A DNA stretch of 50,920 nt, taken from positions 1 through 50,920 of the forward strand of contig JBMSQQ010000011.1 of NCBI GenBank assembly GCA_049423385.1, in the 5' to 3' direction. A program made the position numbers and the translations under genes. Positions 16,991-26,327 of this stretch are shown here, in pieces. The DNA comes from Silvanigrellaceae bacterium (GTDB taxonomy: Bacteria; Bdellovibrionota_B; Oligoflexia; Silvanigrellales; Silvanigrellaceae). Positions within the stretch are counted from its first letter, which is position 1; each line of letters starts with the position of its first letter. A model generated the notes under the pieces. The model saw only the letters and a program-made list of their open reading frames with translations. It was not told the origin of the DNA and ran no database searches.

Positions 16991-19900
16991 TATCCGTAAA
17001 ATTCTTGTGATTGGCTCAGGACCAATTCAGATCGGTCAGGGTTGCGAATTCGACTACTCGGGCACACAGGCCTGTCTTGCCCTGAGGGATCTTGGCTTCG
17101 AGGTTGCGTTGGTGAATTCAAATCCGGCAACGATCATGACCGATTCAACCACTGCAGACAAGGTCTACATTGAACCGCTGACAACCGAACACATTGTGGA
17201 GATTATCGAAAAGGAAAAGCCCGATGCCATTCTTCCCACCGTGGGAGGTCAGGTGGCGCTCAATTTGTTCCTTCAGCTTGAAGAGCAGGGGCATCTGGAC
17301 CGATTGGCCGTGAAGCCTCTGGGCGTCAATTCAAGAACCGTTATTCTCACGGAAGATCGCTGCGCATTTCGCCGACTGCTGGAAGAAATGAACCTTGATG
17401 TGATTCGCGGTGATGTTGCCACGTCTCCTTCGACCGCATTGGCGATTGCGGGTCGGTTGGAATACCCCCTGGTTGTGCGAACCTCCTTCACTCTTGGCGG
17501 AGCTGGTGGCGGAATCGTGCAAACCCCGGACGCTTTCTCAGCCCTCATTGATCGTGTTTTCCACCAGAATCCATTCGCGCAGGTGGTTATTGAGGAATCG
17601 ATCGTCGGCTGGAAGGAATATGAGCTCGAGGTGATGCGCGACTCTGCGGGAACTTTTGTTGTTGTCTGTGGAGTAGAGAACGTCAATCCCATGGGTGTTC
17701 ACACTGGCGACAGCATCACGTGTGCCCCATGCATGACGCTCACCGACCAGGAGTATCAAAACCTTCGCGACATTGCCCGCCGGGTGTTTGAAAAAGTCGG
17801 TATGGAGACGGGTGGAGCAAACATTCAATTCGCTGTGCATCCACAAACCGGAAAAATCATCGTTGTTGAAATGAATCCGCGTGTTTCACGCAGTTCAGCA
17901 TTGGTATCCAAGGCGACAGGCTACCCGATCGCCCGGCTGGCTGCGAAATTGGCCGTCGGACTCACGCTGGCTGAATTGCAGAATGACATCACAATGAACA
18001 CCACTGCGGCCTTTGAGCCATCCATCGACTATGTTGTCGTAAAGATTCCACGTTGGGACTTTGCCAAGTTCAAGGGCGCTTCGTCTGCATTGGGTGTGCA
18101 GATGAAATCCGTTGGAGAGGTTTTGTCGTTTGGGCGGACTTTTCGGGACGCCTTTCAAAAGGCGTGGCGTTCGCTTGAGCTGGGCTACGATGGATGGCCC
18201 GATCTTGTTGAGGCAAACAAACTACTTTTGGCGGATGCCTCCCACGAACTTTCTCGTGATTTTGTGATGGAGGCACTGGCCTCTCCAACCCCAATGCTGT
18301 TTCCCGCCATCAAGTCTGCATTGAAGATGGGACTTTCGCTTGACGAGTTGAACGAGCGCACAGGTATTTCGCACTGGTTTCTGGCCCAGCTCGAAAACCT
18401 TTTTCAACTGGAAGAAAATCTGAAGTCAACGGGATTGTCGGAATCGGCGCTCATTCAAGCCAAGCAAGATGGATTCACTCATCAGGCAATTGCCCGACTC
18501 AGCGGAACCAGCAGCGAACATGTTTTTGAACAGACCAAGGCCTTGGGACTCAAGCCAACCTTCAAAATGGTGGATTCCTGCGCCGGTGAGTTTGAAGCCA
18601 GGACACCTTATTACTACAAAACCTGGGAACAGCAGGATGAAAATATTCCTTCCAGCCGCAAAAAGGTCGTGATTCTTGGCAGCGGACCAAACCGCATCGG
18701 CCAGGGAGTCGAGTTCGACTACTCCTGCGTGCACGCCGTGCGCGCTGCACAAGACGCGGGCTGCGAGGTGATTCTTGTCAATTGCAATCCAGAAACTGTC
18801 AGCACCGATCACAGGGTCAGCGACAAGCTCTTCATCGAACCTCTGCACAAGGAAGATGTGCTCGACATCCTGAAGGCAGAACAGCCTGAAGGAGTTTTTG
18901 TTCAGTTTGGCGGGCAAAGTCCCCTCAAATTGGCAAAGGACATCCTCGATGCCGGTTTCAAGATCCTGGGAACACCGCACGAAGTCATAGAGCTCGCGGA
19001 AAATCGCGATCTCTTTGGACGCTTCATTGCCGAGAATGGTTTCAAGGTGCCTGCGTGGTCCACCGGGCTTGGCATGGACGATTGTCGGCAAAAAGCAAAG
19101 TCAATTGGATATCCTCTACTTGTCCGTCCTTCCTATGTTTTGGGCGGAAGGGCGATGCGCATCGTGTCGAGCGAACTGGAATTGAATGACGCCTTGGCAG
19201 AGGCTGTCGATGCCTCACAGGGGCATCCGGTGCTTCTCGACAAATATCTTGCCGATGCGATTGAGTTCGATGTCGATCTCGTATGCGATGGTCGCGAGGT
19301 CTTCATTCCCGCCGTCATGGAACACATTGAGGAAGCGGGAATTCACTCGGGCGATTCCACAAGCGTCATTCCTTGCCTCAAGTCTCCTGCGCACGTGGAG
19401 CAGCGGATCCGCAAAATCTGCACCGAGCTTGCTCTCAAGTTGGGCGTGAGGGGGTTGTTGAATGTGCAGCTGGCCCTGCATGAAGATGAAATCTACATCC
19501 TTGAAGTCAATCCGCGCAGTTCGCGCAGTGTGCCTTTTGTTTCAAAGGCAATGAGTGTTCCTTTGGCGTGGTTTGGAGCTCGTGTTGCATTGGGTTCCAG
19601 CCTCGCAGAACTGTCCCTGCTCCGACCATTGGCTGCCACCGCAGTCGCTCAATTTGCCGTCAAGGCACCTGTTTTTCCATTTCACAAATTTCCTGGAGTC
19701 AGTCCAAATCTGGGACCAGAAATGCGCTCGATTGGCGAAGTCATGGGAACTGCCGACACGGCTGGAATGGCACTCGCAAAAGCTTTTGTTGCAGCCGGTT
19801 GGAAGTTGTGTCCTCGTGGAGATGTGTTGGTTGTCGGCGAAAGCGCTCAGCTTGCGGCGTTGAAGGCTCCGCTTAAAAAGCTTGTCGGGCGTTTGGGAGG

Positions 19901-20210
19901 GCGGGTTTATTGCGTTGAAGATTCACGCCGCGAGCTCGGTGAACTCAATTCCAATGTTGTTGAATTGCGCCAGGAACAACAGGTTCGTGCATTTGCCGAA
20001 GAAGCAATGCGCGGTGGTCGGTTGTCGATGGTCATCAACGTCGGGCAGGGAATGGCGAGGAAATGGCGCCAGCTGGCCGATGAATTGGGAGCGATGACGG
20101 CGCAGAGTTCTGTTCCATTCGTCGAATCGAAATTCGCGCTTGATGCCTGGGTGCTGGCACTTGTCGCCTGGTCAAACAAAAATTCACAAGTGGAGTCCTT
20201 CAATGAATAA
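16974..20210 (+). CDS. carB: carbamoyl-phosphate synthase large subunit
   Basis: IGSGPIQIGQGCEFDYSG, GVHTGDS, EMNPRVSRSS, GSGPNRIGQGVEFDY, GIHSGDS; 1078 aa. Confidence 0.97.
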   Translation: MPVRTDIRKILVIGSGPIQIGQGCEFDYSGTQACLALRDLGFEVALVNSNPATIMTDSTTADKVYIEPLTTEHIVEIIEKEKPDAILPTVGGQVALNLFLQLEEQGHLDRLAVKPLGVNSRTVILTEDRCAFRRLLEEMNLDVIRGDVATSPSTALAIAGRLEYPLVVRTSFTLGGAGGGIVQTPDAFSALIDRVFHQNPFAQVVIEESIVGWKEYELEVMRDSAGTFVVVCGVENVNPMGVHTGDSITCAPCMTLTDQEYQNLRDIARRVFEKVGMETGGANIQFAVHPQTGKIIVVEMNPRVSRSSALVSKATGYPIARLAAKLAVGLTLAELQNDITMNTTAAFEPSIDYVVVKIPRWDFAKFKGASSALGVQMKSVGEVLSFGRTFRDAFQKAWRSLELGYDGWPDLVEANKLLLADASHELSRDFVMEALASPTPMLFPAIKSALKMGLSLDELNERTGISHWFLAQLENLFQLEENLKSTGLSESALIQAKQDGFTHQAIARLSGTSSEHVFEQTKALGLKPTFKMVDSCAGEFEARTPYYYKTWEQQDENIPSSRKKVVILGSGPNRIGQGVEFDYSCVHAVRAAQDAGCEVILVNCNPETVSTDHRVSDKLFIEPLHKEDVLDILKAEQPEGVFVQFGGQSPLKLAKDILDAGFKILGTPHEVIELAENRDLFGRFIAENGFKVPAWSTGLGMDDCRQKAKSIGYPLLVRPSYVLGGRAMRIVSSELELNDALAEAVDASQGHPVLLDKYLADAIEFDVDLVCDGREVFIPAVMEHIEEAGIHSGDSTSVIPCLKSPAHVEQRIRKICTELALKLGVRGLLNVQLALHEDEIYILEVNPRSSRSVPFVSKAMSVPLAWFGARVALGSSLAELSLLRPLAATAVAQFAVKAPVFPFHKFPGVSPNLGPEMRSIGEVMGTADTAGMALAKAFVAAGWKLCPRGDVLVVGESAQLAALKAPLKKLVGRLGGRVYCVEDSRRELGELNSNVVELRQEQQVRAFAEEAMRGGRLSMVINVGQGMARKWRQLADELGAMTAQSSVPFVESKFALDAWVLALVAWSNKNSQVESFNE

Positions 20211-21147
20211 TCTGTCTGGAAAATCATTTTTGAGCTTGAAACACATGTCACCCATGCAGCTGCGTGAACTGCTTGCTCTTGCAAAAAGCCTCAAGGCTGA
20301 AAAGAGGAATGGCCAATTTCCCAAGCGGCTGGCAAACAAGAATGTCGCACTTCTGTTTGAAAAGCTGAGCACGCGCACGCGCTGTTCATTCTCGGTTGCG
20401 TGTCATGACGAGGGTGCCGCGGTTGATTTTCTTGGCAGCTCGGACATTCATTTCGGCAAGAAGGAATCGCTGGAGGACACCGCCCGTGTGTTGGGTCGAT
20501 TCTACGACGGGCTGGTTTATCGCGGCTATGCGCAGAAGACTGCAGAAACACTTGCCGAGCTCTCGGGTGTCCCGGTCTTCAACGCGCTCACAGATGAGGA
20601 ACACCCCACCCAGGCGTTGGCCGATCTCATGACTCTTGAGGAGCGATTTTCGCATCTGGCAGGCCTGAAGGTTGTTTATGTCGGTGATGCTGCCAACAAT
20701 GTGGCCCATTCACTCATGCATGCCTGTGCGTTGGTTGGCGCCCACTTTGTTTGCTCGGCACCAAAGGAATATTTTCCTGCGCCTTCGGAATTGGAATTCA
20801 CCGCACGCCTTTGCAATGACTCTGGAGCCAGCGTGACGCTCGAGGAAAATCCAGTGAAAGCGGTTGCTGGTGCGGATGCCATTTACACGGATGTCTGGAT
20901 ATCGATGGGATTTGAAAATGCACCTGGAGCACAGGAGAGGGTCAGCCGATTGCGCCCTTATCAGGTCAATGAAGCGCTCATGAAGGCCACGGGCAACAAT
21001 CAATCCGTGTTTCTGCATTGTCTGCCAGCAAACAAGGGCCTCGAAATCACTTCCGAGGTCTTCGAGGGAACTTCAAGTTTGGTTTTTGAACAGGCAGAAA
21101 ATCGCCTTCACACCATCAAGGCAGTTCTGGTTTCAGGGCTGACTTAA
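20203..21147 (+). CDS. argF: ornithine carbamoyltransferase
   Basis: FEKLSTRTR, KESLEDTARVLGR, HPTQ, YTDVWISMG, HCLP, QAENRLHTIKA. Confidence 0.95.
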   Translation: MNNLSGKSFLSLKHMSPMQLRELLALAKSLKAEKRNGQFPKRLANKNVALLFEKLSTRTRCSFSVACHDEGAAVDFLGSSDIHFGKKESLEDTARVLGRFYDGLVYRGYAQKTAETLAELSGVPVFNALTDEEHPTQALADLMTLEERFSHLAGLKVVYVGDAANNVAHSLMHACALVGAHFVCSAPKEYFPAPSELEFTARLCNDSGASVTLEENPVKAVAGADAIYTDVWISMGFENAPGAQERVSRLRPYQVNEALMKATGNNQSVFLHCLPANKGLEITSEVFEGTSSLVFEQAENRLHTIKAVLVSGLT

Positions 21148-21815
21148 AAGAATTCTTTGAAAATCTTCTCATCGCCGTCGTTGAGCGGAAGCTCTCCGCA
21201 GTGCATCGCAATCGATTTTTCAAAGTGTTGATGCTCGGCAGGAGCCTTTTCAAAGCCAAACCGTTCATAAAAACGGATGCCGATTTCGGAGTGGAGCACG
21301 AATCCCATGTTTGCCTGCTCGTTTTGAAGCAATGCAATGACGCTGCGCATCAGCAGGGTTGCGTGACCCGACTTGCGTTTGTCGGGTGCGGTTGCCAGCC
21401 AGGCAAGGCCTGTCAGCTGATTTCGAAATCGGAGCGTGTTGAGTGTCGACAAAGGTTCGCCGTCGAGGGACTCCAGCAGGTAGCGTTGACCACGAAGGTG
21501 ATTTTTGTTGTCGTTGTATGACGCAACAAACTCTGCCATCGAGCGGCCTTGTCCCCAGGCATCATAGCCAAATGGAAGAATCAGCTTGGACTCTTCAAAA
21601 GACAGCTTGCGCAACCGCGCGATGGAAACAAATCTTTTGCTGCCTCTGGGTCCACCGTTGTCGTGGAACATTCCGCTCGGGCGAATCCAGCGCTGGCCAC
21701 GTGGGTTGTCATACAAGGCCAGGTACGATTCAAAAGTTTCAGTTGATTCCGAATGCAGGCACTGGCCCAACTGAAGATAGTGCATCCCTTTGTGGTGCTG
21801 GTACAGTGTCCACAT
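21144..21815 (-). CDS. DUF1653-like domain fused to GNAT acetyltransferase
   Basis: N-terminal YQHHKG.HY...HSE.....Y.ALY....WIRP..MF; C-terminal ATAPDKRKSGHAT (motif A) and FYERFGF. Confidence 0.75.
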   Translation of the reverse strand: MWTLYQHHKGMHYLQLGQCLHSESTETFESYLALYDNPRGQRWIRPSGMFHDNGGPRGSKRFVSIARLRKLSFEESKLILPFGYDAWGQGRSMAEFVASYNDNKNHLRGQRYLLESLDGEPLSTLNTLRFRNQLTGLAWLATAPDKRKSGHATLLMRSVIALLQNEQANMGFVLHSEIGIRFYERFGFEKAPAEHQHFEKSIAMHCGELPLNDGDEKIFKEFF

Positions 21816-21895
21816 GTTTCATCCAATCCCGTTAGTTTAAAGCAGTATGAGTTACTTTTTCAGAAATAGCCAGCCCAAGCGGGGCAGTGGGTGAA

Positions 21896-22690
21896 TCAAA
21901 TCGCACCGATTCTTCCACCGTCCACCTGCAGGCTGACTCCAGTGATGTAGCCCGCTTCCCTGCTTGCCAAAAAAGACAGCGCAGCGGCCACTTCGGCGGG
22001 CTCTGCAAAGCGTCCCATGGGTACTTGCTTGAGCCACCTTTCAAGGACAGCCTCCTGCGTGATCCCTTCGCGTGTTGCTGCCGCTTGCGCCAAGGCAAGC
22101 AAACGTTCGGTGCGGGTGTAACCGGGAAGCACATTGTTGACCGTGATGCCCCTCGGCGCGAGCTCATTGGACATCGTCTTTGCGAATCCTGCAACTGCCG
22201 CGCGGATGGTGTTCGAAACGCCGAGCCCGGCAATTGGCATGCGCACCGAGGTGGAGATGATGTTGATGATCCGCCCGTAGCCTGCAGCCGCCATTCCTGG
22301 AACGAATGCCTGGCACAACTGAAGTTGAGAGAGAATGTGTGTCGTCAGGGCTGCCTCAAATGAGGCCGGTTTTGCATCCAGCAACGGACCCGATGCCGGA
22401 CCACCCGCGTTGTTCACAAGAACATGAACGGTGCCGACGTGGGTTGCAATTGCATCAACCGCTTTTTGAATATCTTCCGAACGACTCAAGTCGGCCGCGA
22501 GGCAGATGTGCTTTTCCGGGTGTGTGAGGCCTGCTTTTGCTGCTTCGAGTTTGTCGAGCTGACGGGCAAGCAAAACAACCCGTGCACCTTGTTTGGCAAA
22601 CAATTCAGCGGTTGCCCGGCCAATGCCTTGTGATGCTCCGCAGACAAGGGCGTTCAAGCCCGTCAAGTTGAAATGCGAGTTGGCTTGCAT
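21896..22690 (-). CDS. SDR family oxidoreductase (atypical, SNxxR in place of YxxxK)
   Basis: GASQGIG, NNAGGP, GRIINI, LGVSNTIRAAV, NNVLPG, VDGG. Confidence 0.92.
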   Translation of the reverse strand: MQANSHFNLTGLNALVCGASQGIGRATAELFAKQGARVVLLARQLDKLEAAKAGLTHPEKHICLAADLSRSEDIQKAVDAIATHVGTVHVLVNNAGGPASGPLLDAKPASFEAALTTHILSQLQLCQAFVPGMAAAGYGRIINIISTSVRMPIAGLGVSNTIRAAVAGFAKTMSNELAPRGITVNNVLPGYTRTERLLALAQAAATREGITQEAVLERWLKQVPMGRFAEPAEVAAALSFLASREAGYITGVSLQVDGGRIGAI

Positions 22691-22708
22691 GTTTTTTTCT
22701 CCCTGAAT

Positions 22709-23941
22709 TCACGGCGCGGGCAATGGAGCGTTGACAAGTGGAACGACGAAACGCTTGAAGTCACGCATGCTGGTGATCACCTCGTCATTGTTGTGATTGA
22801 AGAAATCAAACCACAAAAGGAGTCTGTCTTCGGAATGGAAACGTTCACGGATTTGTGCTGCGCATTCCATGGCATTGCCAACGATGGCATTGTTCACGGC
22901 ATTTTCGATTCGCGACGGATCAAGAGTGCCCTCCAATGCTTGCCAATAGGTGTTCAGTGCCTTGCGTGCCTTTTCGTGTGCACGGGCGCTTTGCTGGGAA
23001 GGACTCAGGCCTGGGGTCGCATCCAGAAACACCAGCACCGTTCGTGGCATCAATGACCTGCTCCAGGTCCCACCAGCCCGATGATATGCTTGCGGCATGC
23101 GGGCGTGCGTGCGCTCAATTTCGTCGCCCGGGGTGATTGAGAGGTTCATGACACCGCAAGGCAGAATGCTGTTGGCAAAATCCTGCGTCCTGGGGTCATG
23201 CGAACCCACGTAGAGTTGCAGGTCATCAAACGGCACGTCCTTCGGAACGACGCCGCTGCGGGCAAATTTCCAGCGGTTTGGAAGAACAATTTGTGATGCA
23301 TCGGTTTTGCCAGCCGCGCGCAGGACCTTTTGCCAGTCCTCGTCGCTGCGCATGTCTTGTCGAGAAAGAAGGGTTGGAGTCACGTCGGATGATGCAAAAA
23401 CGTCTCCGCGCATGAACCGCAAGAAGATCTCCAGCGCCTCGGAAAAGATTTTGCCTTTGAGCGCAGGCCAAGCTGCATGTTCCACTTCGTCGCGGGGAAC
23501 GATTCCGTAGGGAGCACTTGAAAAGGGAAAGCGTCCGGCCGCAATCCCCAAATGCAGTTTTCTGCCCGCATCGGGTGAGAATTGGTGCAAAGAGAGAAAG
23601 GTTTTGACTGCCTCCGCATGCGCCATGGGCCCACCATTGCAGAGAAGGCTTTTGATGGCAGAGCCAACTGCGATGCGCTTTGTTTTGGCAAAGATGTGCG
23701 GAGCAATCAGGAGGATGTCGGTGTTCAGGCCAATTTCACCCTGAAAGTTTGGAATCACTGCACCCGGGTTGTGTTTCTGAACCTCACATGACAGGTGACT
23801 CTCTGCAACCCAGGCAACATCGTAACCAAGTTCGTCTGCTGCCTGGACCTGATCGAAAAAATGAGCAAACATTTGCTTTTCAGTCGGCTGAAAGCCATCG
23901 ACGGGTGTCTGGCAAATCGAAAAGAAGACATCAAACAGCAT
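22709..23941 (-). CDS. LLM class flavin-dependent monooxygenase
   Basis: QVQAADELGYDVAWVAESH, TKRIAVGSAI, LHLGIAAG, AIVGN..EC...I; start may be 23947. Confidence 0.85.
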   Translation of the reverse strand: MLFDVFFSICQTPVDGFQPTEKQMFAHFFDQVQAADELGYDVAWVAESHLSCEVQKHNPGAVIPNFQGEIGLNTDILLIAPHIFAKTKRIAVGSAIKSLLCNGGPMAHAEAVKTFLSLHQFSPDAGRKLHLGIAAGRFPFSSAPYGIVPRDEVEHAAWPALKGKIFSEALEIFLRFMRGDVFASSDVTPTLLSRQDMRSDEDWQKVLRAAGKTDASQIVLPNRWKFARSGVVPKDVPFDDLQLYVGSHDPRTQDFANSILPCGVMNLSITPGDEIERTHARMPQAYHRAGGTWSRSLMPRTVLVFLDATPGLSPSQQSARAHEKARKALNTYWQALEGTLDPSRIENAVNNAIVGNAMECAAQIRERFHSEDRLLLWFDFFNHNNDEVITSMRDFKRFVVPLVNAPLPAP

Positions 23942-23991
23942 CGGCACAGCCTTTCGTTTGGGGTCACCGGCAGCATCCTTGGGGGAATCCT

Positions 23992-24636
23992 ATGCAGGGC
24001 CTTTTATATGATATTTCTCCAAAACTCACGCCCCGCACGGCAGTGTTTCCGGGCGACACTCCACTCAGCCAGGATGTCTTGCTCAGCTTTAAAAACGGGC
24101 AACATTTGATGCTGTCGGCCTTCAAGGGCACCGTGCATCTCGGTGCACATGCGGATGCCCCCTGTCACTATAGCCCCGATGGCGAGGATATTTCGCAACG
24201 GGAATTGCGTCGCTATTTGGGACTCTGCCAGGTGGTCAGTGTGACTCTACCGAAGCCTGGACGGATTCTCCGCGAGCACGTGAGCGCTGTGAACTTCACT
24301 GCGCCCCGGGTTCTTTTCCGAACAAATTCGTTTCCGGATGCGGAACAATGGCGAGATGATTTTTGCTCGTTGAGTCCGGAATTGATTTCAGAGCTTGCTT
24401 CGCACGGAGTGATGACTGTGGGAATCGACACGCCATCCGTTGACCCGCATGATTCCAAGGATCTTGAAAGTCATCAGGCTTTGCTCATGCATGACGTGGC
24501 GGTTCTTGAAGGACTTGATTTGTCCAAGGTTCCGGATGGCGAGTACACTTTGGTTGCTCTGCCTTTGCCGTTGGTGGGATTCGATGCATCGCCAGTGCGT
24601 GCGGTTTTGCTCCCGGCCCGGATGCCGATCGTTTGA
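23992..24636 (+). CDS. kynB: kynurenine formamidase / cyclase family amidohydrolase
   Basis: YDISP, FPGDTP, HLGAHADAPCHY, GIDTPSVDP, VLEGLDL, DASPVRAVL. Confidence 0.85.
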   Translation: MQGLLYDISPKLTPRTAVFPGDTPLSQDVLLSFKNGQHLMLSAFKGTVHLGAHADAPCHYSPDGEDISQRELRRYLGLCQVVSVTLPKPGRILREHVSAVNFTAPRVLFRTNSFPDAEQWRDDFCSLSPELISELASHGVMTVGIDTPSVDPHDSKDLESHQALLMHDVAVLEGLDLSKVPDGEYTLVALPLPLVGFDASPVRAVLLPARMPIV

Positions 24637-24745
24637 TGCAACGACATCGGCATGAACTTTGCTCTCTCGTCAATCAGGAGAGGGAGGACGCCGCATGGTC
24701 CGCATCAACTTGAAAACCAAACGTTCACGTCAAGCCGTCAGAAAC

Positions 24746-25471
24746 ATGAAGGTTTCCCTTCAACGGGCTGTCCTTGCGGTTCTGGCCACGCTGGCGGTCG
24801 CAGGCCTTTGGGCCTGTTCCGGTTCAGCCTTCGACACGACTCCACCTGGGCCTGCAGTCAATCCATCAGGCAAAAAAAATGAACCCCAGCCCCTGAATCC
24901 CGACGAGGGAGGAGGCGGAAATCCAAGGGAAAGTGAGCCTCAGGATCCGAAAAGAGTGTTGTCGCTGCAAATCACGGGAGTGCAACCGGAAGCCTGGTGG
25001 AACAACTGTTTAAAGATTGAGCTGGGTGAAAAAAACTTCGACATTGGCTGCACCAAAGACAAGAATGTGACCTCGAACATCGTTAGAATTCCAATTCCGG
25101 ACGGTGTTGAATGTCCTGTGATTGATCTGAAGATCGAAACCTTTCGGAACACAGGAAACACCTGCCGCGAACGCGCCGCCGAGGGACTTTCATGCGAAGG
25201 ACCTTTTGAATCTGCGCCATTTGCAACCAGACGTTTTTCCTCTCCGGAAGGACGAGTGCATTTTGTGCTGAGTGATGGTCCCGCGGGTACTGCAGGAAAA
25301 ATGGTACGGGCGTTCTATGAAGATCAGGATGAACAGAGCATTCGTCAGGCCAAAGAGGAATCTGCCCGTGCGGAAGAGTTGGGCATCGATTTCAATGATG
25401 CTATCTTCGATATCAAGACAAGTGGACTCCCCTTTGAAATTCTGGGAGCACCGGGTACAAAATGTCCTTAG
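24746..25471 (+). CDS. hypothetical lipoprotein with C-terminal ED...DFND motif
   Basis: Lipobox LWAC, Pro/Gly-rich linker, paired Cys, FYED...GIDFNDAIFDI. Confidence 0.7.
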   Translation: MKVSLQRAVLAVLATLAVAGLWACSGSAFDTTPPGPAVNPSGKKNEPQPLNPDEGGGGNPRESEPQDPKRVLSLQITGVQPEAWWNNCLKIELGEKNFDIGCTKDKNVTSNIVRIPIPDGVECPVIDLKIETFRNTGNTCRERAAEGLSCEGPFESAPFATRRFSSPEGRVHFVLSDGPAGTAGKMVRAFYEDQDEQSIRQAKEESARAEELGIDFNDAIFDIKTSGLPFEILGAPGTKCP

Positions 25472-25489
25472 TCCATTGAGGAGAATCCT

Positions 25490-26323
25490 ATGCACTTCGA
25501 CACCACTGCGCGGGCAAAGCCCGTTTTGAAGTGGGCCGGAGGCAAGAGTGGACTCCTGGAACAGCTGGTTCCTCATTTTCCGACACGTTTTGATCGTTAC
25601 CTCGAGCCATTTCTTGGCGGAGCTGCTGTTTTTTTGTCGCTCAAACCTTTTGTTCCAGCGCTGCTCAATGAATTGAACGAAGAGATTTTCAATCTGTACT
25701 CCGTGATTCGTACCCGGCCTGCCGAACTCGTTGCGCGGCTTGAAGAATTTCGCAGCCGCTACAGCAGGGACTTTTATTACGAGTTGCGCTCGGTGCAGCC
25801 AGAGTGCCGCGTGACAAGAGCCGCACGGACTGTTTTTTTGAACAAAACAGGTTTCAATGGTCTTTATCGACAAAACAAAAAAGGCGAATTCAACGTCCCT
25901 TTTGGACACTACAAAAGTTGTCCATCGGTATTTTCATCGGAAAACATAATGCTCGTCAGCCAACGTCTTGCAAACGCCACCCTGATGAATGCCGACTTTT
26001 CCGTTCTGCTGTCGCAAGCAGGAAAGGGCGATTTCGTGTATTGCGATCCCCCCTATGAACCGCTCACACCGACTTCGAGTTTCAATTCCTATACCGGTGC
26101 TGGTTTCACAAGGGCTGATCAGGTGAGGCTTAAAAACGAATGTTCGGCAGCAGTGGAAAGGGGAGCAGTGGTTGCCGTTTCCAATTCGTCTGCAGCATTC
26201 ATCCGTGAACTTTACAGTTCCTCTGCTCTTCAATCCATTCGCGCACGCCGAGCGATCAATTCGAATCCTGCGAGGCGTGGTGCGATTGAAGAACTGCTCA
26301 TTCTCATCCAACGTGAATCCTGA
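25490..26323 (+). CDS. dam: Dam-family (D12 class) DNA adenine methyltransferase
   Basis: KWAGGK, EPFLGG, GFNGLYRQNKKGEFNVPFG, VYCDPPY. Confidence 0.9.
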   Translation: MHFDTTARAKPVLKWAGGKSGLLEQLVPHFPTRFDRYLEPFLGGAAVFLSLKPFVPALLNELNEEIFNLYSVIRTRPAELVARLEEFRSRYSRDFYYELRSVQPECRVTRAARTVFLNKTGFNGLYRQNKKGEFNVPFGHYKSCPSVFSSENIMLVSQRLANATLMNADFSVLLSQAGKGDFVYCDPPYEPLTPTSSFNSYTGAGFTRADQVRLKNECSAAVERGAVVAVSNSSAAFIRELYSSSALQSIRARRAINSNPARRGAIEELLILIQRES

Positions 26324-26327
26324 TTTT

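Noticed and set aside
23680..23991. N-terminal extension of the kynB ORF
   Set aside because: Overlaps the divergent LLM gene; family similarity starts at ATG 23992
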